Source: Pocillopora damicornis
Taxonomy: Eukaryota
Assembly (NCBI RefSeq): GCF_003704095.1
Contig: NW_020845628.1
Location: 1 to 64,000 of the forward strand
DNA length: 64,000 nucleotides
Direction of reading: 5' to 3'
Positions 24,901 to 38,300 of the stretch are shown piece after piece. Every line of letters starts with the position of its first letter. Position 1 is the stretch's first letter. The notes beneath the pieces are model-generated. The model did not search any database, was not told where the DNA came from, and was given only the letters and a program-made list of their open reading frames with translations. The translations under genes were made by a program, and so were the position numbers.

Positions 24901-25837
24901 CTATTCCAGCTGAACCTTTTTACTCCCTTGATCTGATTGTTAATTCTCCCTTCTAGCGTCCACACATTTCCTTGCAAATTAGTGTCGAGAATTTGGTGTA
25001 AGATCAAGATAATAATTTATCGGTTCTTCATTGGTTGTCACTTCTTTTAATTTTTTATGTTTGTTTTGCGCTGACTTTATTCATTTCACAAATTTTTTTG
25101 ACTCGTGCGATGGACTTCGCTAAAAAGGTACCTTTCCCCCTCCCCCCTCAGAATTCCTTGAAATGTCCATGACAGTTTGCTGTACCCATTCAAACTTAAG
25201 GGTGGAGAGAGGCATTGTGAGATTTCGGTGCTTTGTCCAAGAACACAGCACAGTGACCTTGCAAAGGGTTCAAATTCAGATAAAAGTTCAGTTTGCTACC
25301 CATCAAATCAACCAGTAGAGATCAGTGAGCTGAACGTAAGCTTGCTAGGCGACTTTTAGTTTTAACACCTGACTGGTTCTGTTGTAGGTTGTCCATCAAT
25401 TGCAACCACAATCTCTGCAACAACCGGCCTCTCAGCAACAGCAACAGCAACAACAACAGGTGCAACAGCAGCAGCAGGCTCCGCAAACACAACCGCCACC
25501 ACAACAACAGCAACAAGCACCACAGGTTGCTCAACAGACAACCCAACCCCAGCAACAGCTTGTGCAGCAAGCTGAATCCCAAGAGACACCGCCTAATGTA
25601 ACTATCACCATGGCAACGTCCAATACCTTGACAACGGCTGCGTTGCAAGGCAACCTGACTGCGTCGCAAGCAACGCCGCTGAACACTGAGAGTTTGTTTG
25701 CCACAGACGGGTTTCACATTCTCAGTGCTGTACAGCCGCAGGTGGTCACGCTTCCCGTCTCGCCCCAGTCCGCAGTGGGTCAGGCTGTACCTGTGTCACT
25801 GATCCAGACTCCTAACGGACAGCAGGGCTTGCAATAG
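15914..25837 (+). CDS. Uncharacterised ~916-aa probable nuclear protein: basic NLS, atypical GATA-like Zn finger (CDLC-x38-CNACGL), Cys-rich middle region, Gln-rich C-terminus; 12 exons
   Basis: Exons 15914-16103, 18113-18558, 19116-19425, 20515-20646, 20930-21001, 21367-21496, 22038-22212, 22961-23065, 23349-23547, 24254-24588, 24682-24888, 25388-25837. All are GT-AG and phase-consistent (2751 nt). Motifs KAKKKRRRR, LCNACGL, CCPHFKFRACGC, CCVDNC, polyQ. Confidence 0.8.
17507..17715. mobile_element. piggyBac-type MITE nested in the TTAA site of an older MITE (~17375-17783)
   Basis: TTAACCCTTGAACTCCCA...TGGGAGTTAAAGGGTTAA interrupts the host sequence atgacc-TTAA-tgcgtgat. Confidence 0.75.
23800..24032 (+). 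mobile_element. tRNA-derived SINE-like repeat
   Basis: A-box/B-box-like gagtggtagagc...ggtacgattcc followed by ccacgctcgtgacaagac. A degenerate reverse copy lies at ~28165-28330. Confidence 0.6.
24700..25570 (+). repeat. CAA/CAG-rich coding low-complexity (polyglutamine) tracts in the last two exons
   Basis: Interrupted caa/cag runs at ~24730-24880 and ~25430-25570. Confidence 0.9.
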
Positions 25838-26494
25838 TTTGGGCACTACGTTGAAATGCGCAGCTGTAGTAAGGGCAGGCAGAGAATTGAGATGTTACGG
25901 CTTGTATTAAAGACACCAATGAATTTTAAGTTACTCGGTTGATCTACATGTGATTCCGCTTCCATCAGCATCAAATTAGTCGATTGGAGAGATTCATGTA
26001 TACGAATCTATGAAAAGGATAATGGGCTCCTGATTCATTTTAGTTTTATGAATGGTGTATGTGGGCAAACTGACCACAATTTTTTTTTTCATTTGTACAA
26101 ACATATGGCAGTTGACTTGATAAATAGTAGAATTGTAAATAGTGGGCCACTCTGTTGTTGTAAAAAGAACTGGTGAATGATGTACTAGGGGAAGTAATGC
26201 AGATAGAAGCCAAATCAGGAATGGGGTTAGTCAAAATTTGTTTGTCTGTAACCAAACTGAAGTTAAAAGTAGACAACTGCACCATGTATTAATTATTGAC
26301 TATAGATGGCCAGTCGAATATTGTTCTTTATTGTATGTCTTTAGTTCGTGCGCTATGATTAGTCAATTTTGCGGGCCATATTATCACTTTGCGTCCCACT
26401 GAATTCAAGTTTGTCTTGGTCGCCAGATTGGAACCCATTTGTAATAACTTTCTTACTAACCTCGTTTCCTCGGTCCGTACTGCAAGTTGCGAAA

Positions 26495-26647
26495 NNNNNN
26501 NNNNNNNNNNNNNNNNNNNNNNNNNNNNNNNNNNNNNNNNNNNNNNNNNNNNNNNNNNNNNNNNNNNNNNNNNNNNNNNNNNNNNNNNNNNNNNNNNNNN
26601 NNNNNNNNNNNNNNNNNNNNNNNNNNNNNNNNNNNNNNNNNNNNNNN
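26495..26647. other. Assembly gap (N run); others at 36599-36698, 48587-48772, 59439-59538
   Basis: Runs of n in the sequence. Confidence 1.
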
Positions 26648-27708
26648 TTAAAATTTTTTCAAATGAGTAGTCAAGTCTTAGTTGTTGAGTTCTCCATGTA
26701 TATGAATTTATTGGGTACTTTTCTATTTACTGAAAAATTACGACTAATCGTTGCATGATTAAATCACAACATGCAAGTCTTCAGGCGCATTACATTGCTA
26801 AGCGAGTCAAGTGCCTCGAGCTCGCCATCTTTTCTCTGTTACTAAATATTGTTAGTTACTGAACCGGCTACACTTTGAAGATAATCGAGCAAGCCTTTTC
26901 AGCGCTTTTCAACTCAGTGAGTGTTAAAAAACAAAACCAACCACGAATAATGAAGCCGGATCAAGGAGCAAACATTGCCAGATGTTTAGGAGTGTACAAA
27001 GTTGGTGAACCTTTCAAATGTCTACAACTACAAGTATGGTTCTCGATTTAGTTTATAACTACGTAAATTTCGAAACCATCATTTTTAAGTGTGTATTCTA
27101 AACAAACGTATATGTATCAGGAAGGTAAATTTCAAGCTTGACTCGATTCTAATACCAATCTAAAGCGAAATTATGAAGGCCAATAATCGAGTTACGTCAG
27201 TCATACCACGAGTACAAGAAAAAACGAATTTTTTTATTCAGTCATTTCTTCGTTCGTTTAAGCCTGCCGCCAAAGAAATCCCCCTTCCATCCATCAAGCC
27301 TTTCAGGGCTTCATCTCCAAAAACGTAATTATACAAACCTACCTATTTAACTATATATACTGACTAAATCAAACTAAGCCAATTGACCAGTCGTTCTGAT
27401 CATAGTACAGCGTACCTTTCGGAATTATTATAAATGGGACGATTTCACCAAACACCACGTGTTAGAGGTGGGAAACAATTAAAGTACGGTCTTCTAGGTG
27501 GTACTTAGGAGTAATGTGAAGGATGAACTTTTCCTTTTGCAAATATATTCTTAAAGTTTTTGCCAAAAAATTTGCCGTCAAGTCGATGATCAATTAAAAA
27601 ATTTGGTATGCCTAACTTCAGGTACATTTACACAAAATAGTAATCGAAGAATGAGAAAATACATCTTGCAGGACAAGCGGGTTCGATGCTGATGCAGTTG
27701 CGTGACAT

Positions 27709-30700
27709 TCAAGGTCTTGATGGCACAGGAGGCCGACCAGGTATTGGTGGAGGAGGAGCCGGTTTGCCTGGCGCATTAGGTCTCCTGTGATAAAAAATTA
27801 GATAAAAAAAATGGTGCATTTACATTCCTGAAATGCCTCATGTCCGAACGAAGAACAATAACTAAGAGAATTCTCTTGCGATAACCAAATGAGCCACCGC
27901 TTTTGTTACACAACTACGTTTCAAAGCTTCTAAATGCGAAGCGGACAAGAGCAAATTTAATTACCTGGGTACAGAAGGAGCACTGTCTGGTCGGGATGGT
28001 ACGCCTGGAACGGGACGGGACGGTCGAGACGGTGGGGTAGGACTCGGATGACCTGCCCTAGGAACAGGAGGTTGTCTAGTGCTTCTGTAAGAAAAAGTAA
28101 ATTTAATATTTTTGTCGTTCGTTACATAGATGCGTGCTCCATAATATCCCTTAACATTGGAGAAGGATTTTCTCACGTCTTGTCTTGAGCGTGGGACAAG
28201 GAAAGTTCTAAGTATCAATAAGGAATCTAAACTGGCTCCTAGGCTCTCGTTCCACAGAGCCACAGAGATTCTACGTTGGCTTGGCCATTACTAGATTCCT
28301 TTTATTCACTTCCTTAAATCCTTTGTATGCGCTTGGATGATGGACCATATTCAAATTTAGATGACATTGAAAATGGCGGTCTACGCGCGCAACGTCTTGT
28401 GGTTAACTAAGGTCCCTAACGTAGTAGGTTTTCATCCAATCAGTTGGATTGTCCCTCTTTCGTTTCGCCGCTGCTTCACTTGTTTGATTCGCAAATTCTT
28501 GGTTTCAAAACAGAGAAATTTGGTGGTCTCCAATTTAATCTACAGTCCTCTAGGCCTTATCCAAATTTCCCACAACCTCGTCCACAAAAAGAATCTTGCT
28601 GCTAGTTCTCTCGTACGACAAATAAGACAATTTCAAACGAGTCGCTGTATAATCTGGACTAGCATCGTTAAAGTCGGATAAGGCTAACTTCAGCGTTTCA
28701 AAGACGTCATCCTTGACCCTTTGACCCCTTAGACTGACTAACATCAACTTTCTCCTTACAATATCACCCCTCAATCAAACATTAAGGTCACGAGAATAAA
28801 GGAAATGATCACCAACTAAAGAAGCTCTTGATTGTTAAACAAATTCTCCTTGATAGCACCTCAGCAAGTGTAGAGAAAATAGTATGGAGAATGTGCATAC
28901 TGATGTTAGAGTGTAAAAATTTAATACCCGGGAGGCTTGTATGAATCGAGTAAGTCACGGTCCCCTGTGTCGACAGGAGGTGGCAGCGATGTGGTCACGG
29001 TATTCGCGTCTATATCGCTAATAATCCGTAGAGCTTCCTTCAAACTGTGGAACATGCGCAGCATTTCCTCCCGACGAACGACTTCAGCTTCGCTTTCTTT
29101 CATCAAGTCATTCTAAATCAAGGAGAATAAACACATCGCATTTTTCCGTGAGCAGGGGGGTGGGGGGAGGGGGAAAGGGAAGGGGTCGCTTAAATGTAAG
29201 GTAAATGTGAGAAGGCCCCCTGAAATGGATCTCATCCCTGATTCAAGGATTTAAGAAATGAGACGTCAAAGTAGATCCTCTCTGTTTTTTTTTTTCGTTG
29301 TCTTTTTGTTTCGTTTAAAGTAGAGTCCCGACCCTGGTAGAATCTGATTGCGTTGTTAAATAAATTTTTAGAAATTATAGTTTCTTTTCGTTACTCCGCT
29401 CAGAGTAGGCAAAATGTTGCGGATCAATTTCAGTACCTGAGAAACTATGCACCTACCTCTCCCTTAATAACCCAACATTAACCCTAACTTGTTATTAGGT
29501 GACTGTTGTTGTGTTAGGGGAGGAGTAGGTGCACAGTTGCTGAGATATTACCATTGTTCCAATGTTGCTTATTCAAGCTTGTGCGGCGTGCGTGGACAGT
29601 CATCAGTATCTCTCGTTTGATTTTTTTTTTCTTACCTGATTCCCACCCGAGTATAAATGGGCTAACAGCTCCTGACCAATGAATTCCTTCACCTAACGTG
29701 TGTTAGAAAAAAATGCATAATATTATTGACTGTCTCGACATTCGTCTGTTTAGACGTACAGAAAACTTCAGATAATGAGTATGACCGAATGAAATAAAGC
29801 TGGCGCAAAGTCGAGTAAAAAATGCTTCCACTGATCTGCCAAATGTTCATAAGTATAAAATAAGTCGTAACGATTTGTTCTGGAAACAATACACACGACT
29901 AGGTTTGCCGTAAACACCACGCGGTCGCGGTCGCGGTGTGTACCGGCCATTGTTCCTTCTACCTGAGTCTCAGGGATGTCTTTAAGCTGTGCAGGTTTGG
30001 AAACCAGCTCGCCTGTTGCAACAACATACTATTGCAAATTAGATGTGCTGGAAAAATTTACCAGAGCAATCACTACATAAGTTTGCAGCGCTAAAAGTGA
30101 CTAAAGCACCTTCTAAATAGAGTAACGACCACAGCAGCGTGAGCTTACATTATTTATAATGAAGAACATCACAGTTTTAGGGACGAGGTCCCGGACAGTT
30201 TTGCTGACGATCTTGATGTAAGAATCCGCCAAGTTTCTGATGGTTTCCACTTGACGTTCCATCTGAGGATCTAAGGTGCCTATCTCACCTTGCTATAAAA
30301 TGAGAAAAAACCGAATGAAAGCAGGCAAGGCAATTTTCAGTGAAGTATCGAGAATCACCTGAGTTTTGCCTCAATGCGCGCGCGGCCATTGGTCAATAAA
30401 ACTTGCGTCAACCTCTCCATCAATCAAGATAATTCAGGGGGTCTTCAATAAAGCAATAGCACTTTCTTTTCTTTCTTCTTTTCATGCGGTCCTTACCAAG
30501 CCCTTATCCTCCGATGTGTCTCTCTCAGGGTACACTCCGGCTCGAAGGAACGAGGCTTTCCAACTGTCTATAACGTCCTGGTTCTCTCCTGCAAGCTCCA
30601 ACGCTTTGTGGTCTTTAAATAAGTTTCTTAAAAAAAAAAAAAATAAATAAAATAGTTACTCGCAACACACGAAGCCACTGTCCTTCGTAAATTATAGAGA

Positions 30701-33700
30701 AGCTTTGTCGCCAGGTAAAGCATCACCAAAAGCATTTTATTTTAGGAGATGCGTTACACCCAACTACAGCAGTATTATGATGATGCATAATAACGAAACG
30801 ACATTTACTCATGCGCACCAAAAATTTCTTCTGTGACAAACGAACACTGCACGTAAACTGGAGATATCGCGCAACCGTACTCAACGTCCCTGTTTCTCTT
30901 GAAGTTTCAGACTCCCAAACGCACTAAGAGTACAACAAAGAAAGGTGAAAAATCAGTGGTGTCCAACATGAAAACAAAAGGAAAAAAATCGACTTACTTT
31001 TGATCAGGATTGAAGATAGCAAAGGCAGCTTTTCGGGACATGAATCCTGCCTCAGCATCACGCAGGCGCACATTATCCAATCTCAATTGATATTTCTGTT
31101 CCTTCTCCTAATAATCAAACGGATTGCAGGCAGAGTGAGTATGGTGGTTCAGTTGATTATAGAGATACACGCGCTCTGATTGCCTTGCAATAATCGTCCA
31201 GCTCTGGACGATTTTACCGCAATACGCAAGAACTAGGTTAAGATAGGAGGCAACAACGTGCGGATGTTTTGGAAAGAGTTGATAGTTTCTGAGTGGCATA
31301 GTTTTCCTTAATATTATTATGAAACTAAATGTATTTTATCCAAATGAAACCAAGGAAACGCGCCAGTATCACCATTGGGATGCGGGGCGTTCTACAGAGT
31401 TTTGCAGAGGTATTTCTTCTGCTTTCGCTCAATTTCATTCCACCCTAATGGTTTCCTTCCCTTCCGCCCACCAACTAAGTGAGCAAATGTATATTCTCTA
31501 CATATCACTTTGTTGGTTTTGTGTTGATAAGTGCTTCAGGATGGGTTGTGGCTTGGTTGCCATGGCGACTTCCTCGCCACTGAGGAGAATGATGTCTACC
31601 TCTGTTGATCTTTGTTTTGAAATCAACCTTTCAGACTACTGACTTAGTGTTTTAACCCTTTACATTCCAACATCAGTATGCATATTCTCCGTACTGTTCT
31701 CTAAACATTTCCTAAGGTGCTGACAAGGAGAATTTGTTTAACAATCAACGGCTTATCAATAGCTGGTGATAACTTCCTATATTCCTGTGACCTTAAAACT
31801 GATTCAGCACTGATCTTGGAAGGAGAATTTTAATGTTAGTCACTTTTAGGTGTCAAAGGGCTGAATCAAGTTCAACATACCTCCTCGTCCTTGTACCATG
31901 AAAGCGATTCAGCTGAAAGAATACATAATGATAATTACCGTGACGTTATCACTACTTAGGCAGCTAGTCATAACCATTACAATGTCCTCAAATGTGATTG
32001 GTCCATTTGCTGTTTTATTTTTCACTAATTATTCTGTAGAGTTGTATAGGCTGTAAGCGGATATCCGTGTTTGGACAGTTAAATTAGCCAACCACACTAA
32101 GTCCACTCAGCCAAATCCACAAATCACAGAATTGATTATAATAACCATGGCAACAATCACATACCCTACAAATTGTGGAATTTCCAAAATGGAGGATTTT
32201 TCGAATTATGGTAATAATTATGTTTATCGTTTTTCAGAAATCATGATGGCTAGGATTAATTGGTAACAGAATTTTAACAATCTTTAATCAAAATTGTGAT
32301 TGACAAATCAGACTCCTGGTTCACTGTCCTTCCATTTTGTATTCACTTGCCTGATTACAGACCAAATTGGACTCCACTGGGTCTGATAACTTACCAAGGT
32401 GTTATCAGCAGATAAAATGGAAGCATGACTGTAGCAGACAGTCATAAGGATTTAAGAGCCTGGATATCCACACACACTTTAACTTATGCAATTTACCTGT
32501 AAGTACAAACCAGTACTCTTTGCTGATTCCCTTCATAAATCCTGTATTGCTTATTGTGAGCCAACCTTTCCTAATCACCTGAGAGGAGAAAAAAAGTGCA
32601 GACGCCAAATTAGAAGCCAAAATGCTATGATTGAACACACTGCTGATCTATATACTTCTCTGCACTCCTCTTATTTCGAGGTACAGAAACTGAGGGTTAA
32701 CATTGATTAAGATGGTCCACTGGGCTCCAGGACTTAACTTAGAAAGTGTAATCATCCCTTGAAGATTACCCCATTTCTGTCAGATTTTCCTGGCAATTAA
32801 CAAGTATTCAATTATACTCCTGAGTTCATTATCCATTTACCCCCCAACATCAGTATGAATCTTCTCCAAACTGTCTTCTATCCTTTTCCTTAGTTTCTTT
32901 CAAGGAGAATTTATTTAACTATCCATGGTGATCATTTCTGTTATTCTGCAACCTGAATGTGTGATTCAGGGGTAACATTGAAAAGAGGAATTAGATGCTG
33001 GTCACTCTTTGGAGTCAAAAATGTAAAAGAAAATGCTTAACCCCATAACAGAAAGTACTCTTGCAGATATGCACCATCACAAGGTAAGTCAGCAAAATAA
33101 TGTAGTAAGTGACATGATTCACTTCCAGCTAAGGAACTTTACAACCTTAACCCTCAACTCCTACAGGTAATTGAGATGTAACTTCTCCCTATAATATCCA
33201 TAAATTATTCAGCAAGCGGTCATGAGAATACTCAAACTTATCAGGTAGAAGTTGTTATCTTGATCTATCTCCAAATTCTCTTAACTAATTTACAAAGAAA
33301 TGTGTGGCAGCTGGAGAAGAGAATTTACATTCAGATCTTGGGAGTCAAAGAGTTGAGGGACAATTCAACCAAAATGACAAAACACACCTGATTGGAGATA
33401 GTTCTTTTTGTTTTTTTTTCACCAGGATTGGATGTACTTGATGCTCTGTAAAGAAAATGCAAAAAAATTAACCCTGTAATCTTGTACTGCATATTAAATA
33501 AGGAGCATTCAGGGAGAGTTTGAGTTAAAATCTCGTGTCAAAATATATTTTTGAAGAATCACTTTCAGTGAAAGCACTTTAACTTACGCTGCATAACCAA
33601 TAAAATCAGGATGATTTGTGTTAATGTATGCAAGCTCCATATCAATAAATGTTTTGACCTGTGGATAAAATTAAACGTGAATTACATGACTTTTATGAAA

Positions 33701-35282
33701 TTAGCACCAGTACATGAAATGCATGTTACCAAAAGCATATAACCTGATGACATTGTGTTCCATATACTCTTAACATTTACAAGCATGTACTCGATGTGTA
33801 TAAATCTTGTGAGATGTTGTAGTGTTAGGAATGTGTTCCAAAGAATTTCATGACAAACAACACTACCAAAATTTTACAGCAGTCCTTGCACACCTTGGTT
33901 GGAGACTTAGTGACCAAATGGTTAATGTACTGGTCTCCAGGTTGAGAGAACCTGGTTCAAGACTTGACCTAGTTGTTGTGTTGTGTTCTTGGGCAAAGCA
34001 ATTTGCACTCACAGTGTCTATCTCCAACCAGGAGTATATATGGATACCAGAAATTTGTCAGGATACCTTATAAAATGCTAGGGGGTAACCTTGTGATGGA
34101 CTGGCATAACATTCGGGTAGGGGGAGGTGAGGAAGCAACACTCCCAGTCACTTCATGTTGGGGAAAACGAGATGAGCTCAATTAAAAGTACACAAATCAA
34201 TCTCATTGTAATTGTACCTGGTCTTTAGATTTGGCCTCTCCCTTTCTTCCATGTTCTACAACAATTTTCTCCACCTGGTCCCTCAGTAAAGGGTATTTGT
34301 CAATCTGCAAATTAAATAAATCCACTTAGATATCACATTAAATGTTACCTTGAAGATTATGATAGTATAGACCCCTGCATGAGGGTTGCTTGAATTAGCC
34401 AACATCAATTGAAAGTGCACCCACACATACCTTATCTTAAATATTTTATGACATGCACACTTTTCAAACTGTATTTTAACAACTGTATATCCTAAGTATT
34501 CCAATCAAGGATTCTATTCTGTTTTTTTGACCTACCTAGGTAGTCATTGGTAATATGGTTCCTCTTTTTTCCTTTGATTCATTCATTCAGGGAAAAATCC
34601 ATCTTTATTTCAAGACTCAAGTCCCAACTGAATGCTGACAGTTTGACTTGGAATTAATTTTAGCTAGCTGACAGAAATCCTCTGCAGACCTGAGATTGAT
34701 AACTTCCATTATTTACTTACTCATCAAATTGATTTCTAACCTAATTTTAATAAGCAATGGACTTGAAAGAGAGTGCAAGTTTCAGACCAATGTCAGTATC
34801 TCAACAACTGCTCCCCTCCCCCTCCCCTAACCCTCTAACTTTTTGTTAGTTGACTCTTGTTGGGTTGGGGGAGGAGTGGGTGTGTAGTTGCTCAGTTACT
34901 GACATTGATCTTAGGTCTCAAAATGATTGTTGTAATTTACAATTCCATTTTACCGGATCTGTACATTTCTTGATGACATTGGTTAATTCAGACATAACCA
35001 TATCCACACACTTCACTGCTGGACTCCTCAGTTTGTCAATTTGCCGCTTTACTATTGCTTCAAAGGCCATATCAGGAGTGAAAAGACCAACCCTATCATG
35101 AAAAACCAACCTCAGTAATGGAAATAGGACTGAGCAAAGTCTAGTTAGGTCTGCAAAATAAGAAAAGTGACCAACAAAATCAAACTAAACTGCAGATTTA
35201 CCTGATACCATGGATGTTCTTGATGGCAAACATAATTTCCTTTCTGAGCTGTTTCTCATCAAATTCCACCTAAAGTGTAATA

Positions 35283-35320
<38 letters not shown>

Positions 35321-38300
35321 ATCAGTGGGAGAGTATAGCAGATAATTTAATGTTAACAACTGAGTTGAAACATAAATTGACTACCGTAAAGAGTAAAAAA
35401 GTTGACATTTCGAGCATTAGCCCTTCATCAATTGCTCTGACAAAGGGCTAATGCTCGAATGTCAGCTTTTATACTCTTTACAGTGGTCAATTGATGTTTT
35501 CAATTCAGTTGTTAACACTAAATTACCTGTAATAGAAAAGATTCCATCAAAAATCAATCCAGTTATAAATGAACTTAAGTGCATTCACTCAAGACAAATC
35601 ACTTCTCCAGTTTTAGGCTAGAGGGCAACTTAAGGTTACCATTGACAAAATCTGGTCAAAAATTTCAAAATTTTGTTATTTCATTGCTATTTACTTAGAG
35701 AAATCATCTAAGCTTAATTTGTTAAAAGAGGAAATAGAAATTCTAAAAAGAATGCAATACAACTGACAAAGTGTTTTAGAGTAGCTGGTATCCAATAACA
35801 AAAGGTGTAATAATCTACAATTCTCCTGCAAAGTTTATGTTTTTTGTCTAGGATCTCGATTTGCATATTTTGTTTACAACAAATATTGCACTGCAAAGAA
35901 GAAGTGAATTTCTGTCACATTTCCCCAAACATTGAGAAATCACAGGCTTCATGAAAGAGTTGAAAAAAGGAGTTGCTTTGGGGTAATGAGCACTTGGAGC
36001 AGTTATCATATTTACCTTAACTAACTCATATGGGAACCTCTCATGAAATATCCTGTTGATTTTTGCTCCACCTGAGAGTTCTTTGGTATCAATTGAATCA
36101 CCAGACCCTTCAATGGCTTTCTCAAAATCTCCACTGAATTGCTGTATCATCCTGTTAAATAAGAATTAACAGTCAAAAAGAGAAAAAGAAAAGGCCTGAT
36201 TCAAGAAGTTAAAATTGCCAAAAGTAGATGTACTATATTTCAGAGTAAAGAACTAGTTCTGATAAGCACTGACTCATCTTCTTGGGTTTGCAATGGAGAT
36301 GCAAGGGAATATTCTATTTTCCTTCCTATTTAAGAATACATTTTCTTGAAAAATAATAAACACTGACTTCAAATAATGTTTATGTGCAGACCACATTCTA
36401 ATGAAAAAGAAAAGGTGTTGATTAAAAACACCATCAAACAAACTTATCTTCTATCAAGTCTCAGGAGTGAAAAATAAGCTGCCATTCTGGTTAATGATGA
36501 TCATAATTTTTTGAGTGCACTTAATCCAGACATCCAAAATCAGTGTTTATTAAGCTATAAAAAAAGGAATACCAGCCATTGTAAGGAAAGTGCAAATANN
36601 NNNNNNNNNNNNNNNNNNNNNNNNNNNNNNNNNNNNNNNNNNNNNNNNNNNNNNNNNNNNNNNNNNNNNNNNNNNNNNNNNNNNNNNNNNNNNNNNNNTT
36701 AGACAAAATAAATCTGTGCTCATGATACATGTCTGTACTTACCTGTAGGATGCATGACTAAGAAAAAATTTTCGCTCAGAGGCGAGGGCTGATTTAATGT
36801 CTTTTCTACCATCAATGTCTGCCTGGCTTCTGTTTACCACACCAATATAACCTGAAAAGGACACCAAACAAAAATTCTAGAGATTTGCACAAAAATTTTC
36901 ATTGCAATGTATAATTATCAGACAGTACCTCTTCTTAAGGGGAGGACTCTGTTCTCAAGAATTTCTCTGGCATCTGTTCCTTCATCCATGAGATCTAACT
37001 TTGTTATCACTCCAATTGTTCGCACTCCTGGAATAAAAAATCAAGAAGGACATCCACAAGCTGCACACAATCAATATATGATTACTGTAATTTTTACAGT
37101 TTCCAGATTTACCATTGACCCTTTGTTGTTTGTGAAGAATAACCAGGATATTATCAACAAGAGTTTCAAATCAGTAAAAATTAACCTTCCACTCAAAAGT
37201 GACCAAAACAGAATTTCTCCAAGTACAATATCAATACAATATCAAGCAGATAAGTGATGAGTACAAAAAAAATAATCAATTAGGGGAATTACCAATGAGA
37301 TCTTGGGAGTGAAACAGTTGGGGTAAAAGGAAAAAATTTTTAAAAAAATTTAAATTTTGCTGTATCTTTCTTCAACCAAACACTTTCTGAAAATGGCACA
37401 AATGATATACATTCCAATAAAATAATTGGCTGCAAGAAAGATGCCAATCTTACCCTCAGGATCAACCTCTTTTGCAATCTTTAATGCATCAGAGTTTGCC
37501 AGATCTGAGTTTGCAGGAGACACTGCTAGCACCAAGCAGTTTGGTTTGGTGATGAACTGAAACAACATACTTCTAATCTGCATTTCGATATCTGGAGGCT
37601 GGTCGCCTACAGGAACTTTTGTCATACCAGGAAGATCTACTAGCGTCAAATTCAATACTGCAAAAACACAAGGTAGAGTTCTTTAGATAAAGGTTTGGAA
37701 GAAAGAACCAGGGTCTTCAAGAATTTGAATTAAAGCAATTTTGATGTTATACTGGTAGGATGAGACATTAGAGATAAAACATTTGTAGAGGTTCTGAGAC
37801 ACTAAGTGACAAGTTACTCAATAAACATTTATTGGAAAACTTAAGAAAAATCCTGTACTTGACATGACATATAATTATTTTCTTGTGAATTAAATTTGTG
37901 TACAAAAGTTGCATAACTATACTTCATCAAATTACCAGCCATGCTATTGACTGGGATTCTGCACAATGCGTAACCTACAACACTAACTATTTTCAACAAC
38001 GATTCTGGAAAGCTGCATGGTTCTCTAACTTGTAGGACAGACTCCCCTCAACAGATGCCAACAACTTTTGGCACCATACAAACCTCTTGTACACTACATT
38101 TACACCACAAATGACTCTTGTAAACAGTAACATCATGGCTGAATGGACCAATCAGTTTGCACAAACTTCTCCCGGACAATCAGACCACACAATCAAAAAT
38201 ATGTTTATTATCTACATTCATTATTGGTTGGCAATTAGTTAAAACAAATCCTTAACAAGAAAGTTGCATACCATGAGGAGAATAAACTCGTAGGTTAATT

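Noticed and set aside
24554-25717. Multiple overlapping Ala/Val/Leu/Asn/Thr-rich ORFs on both strands
   Set aside because: They are shadows of the CAA/CAG polyglutamine exons.
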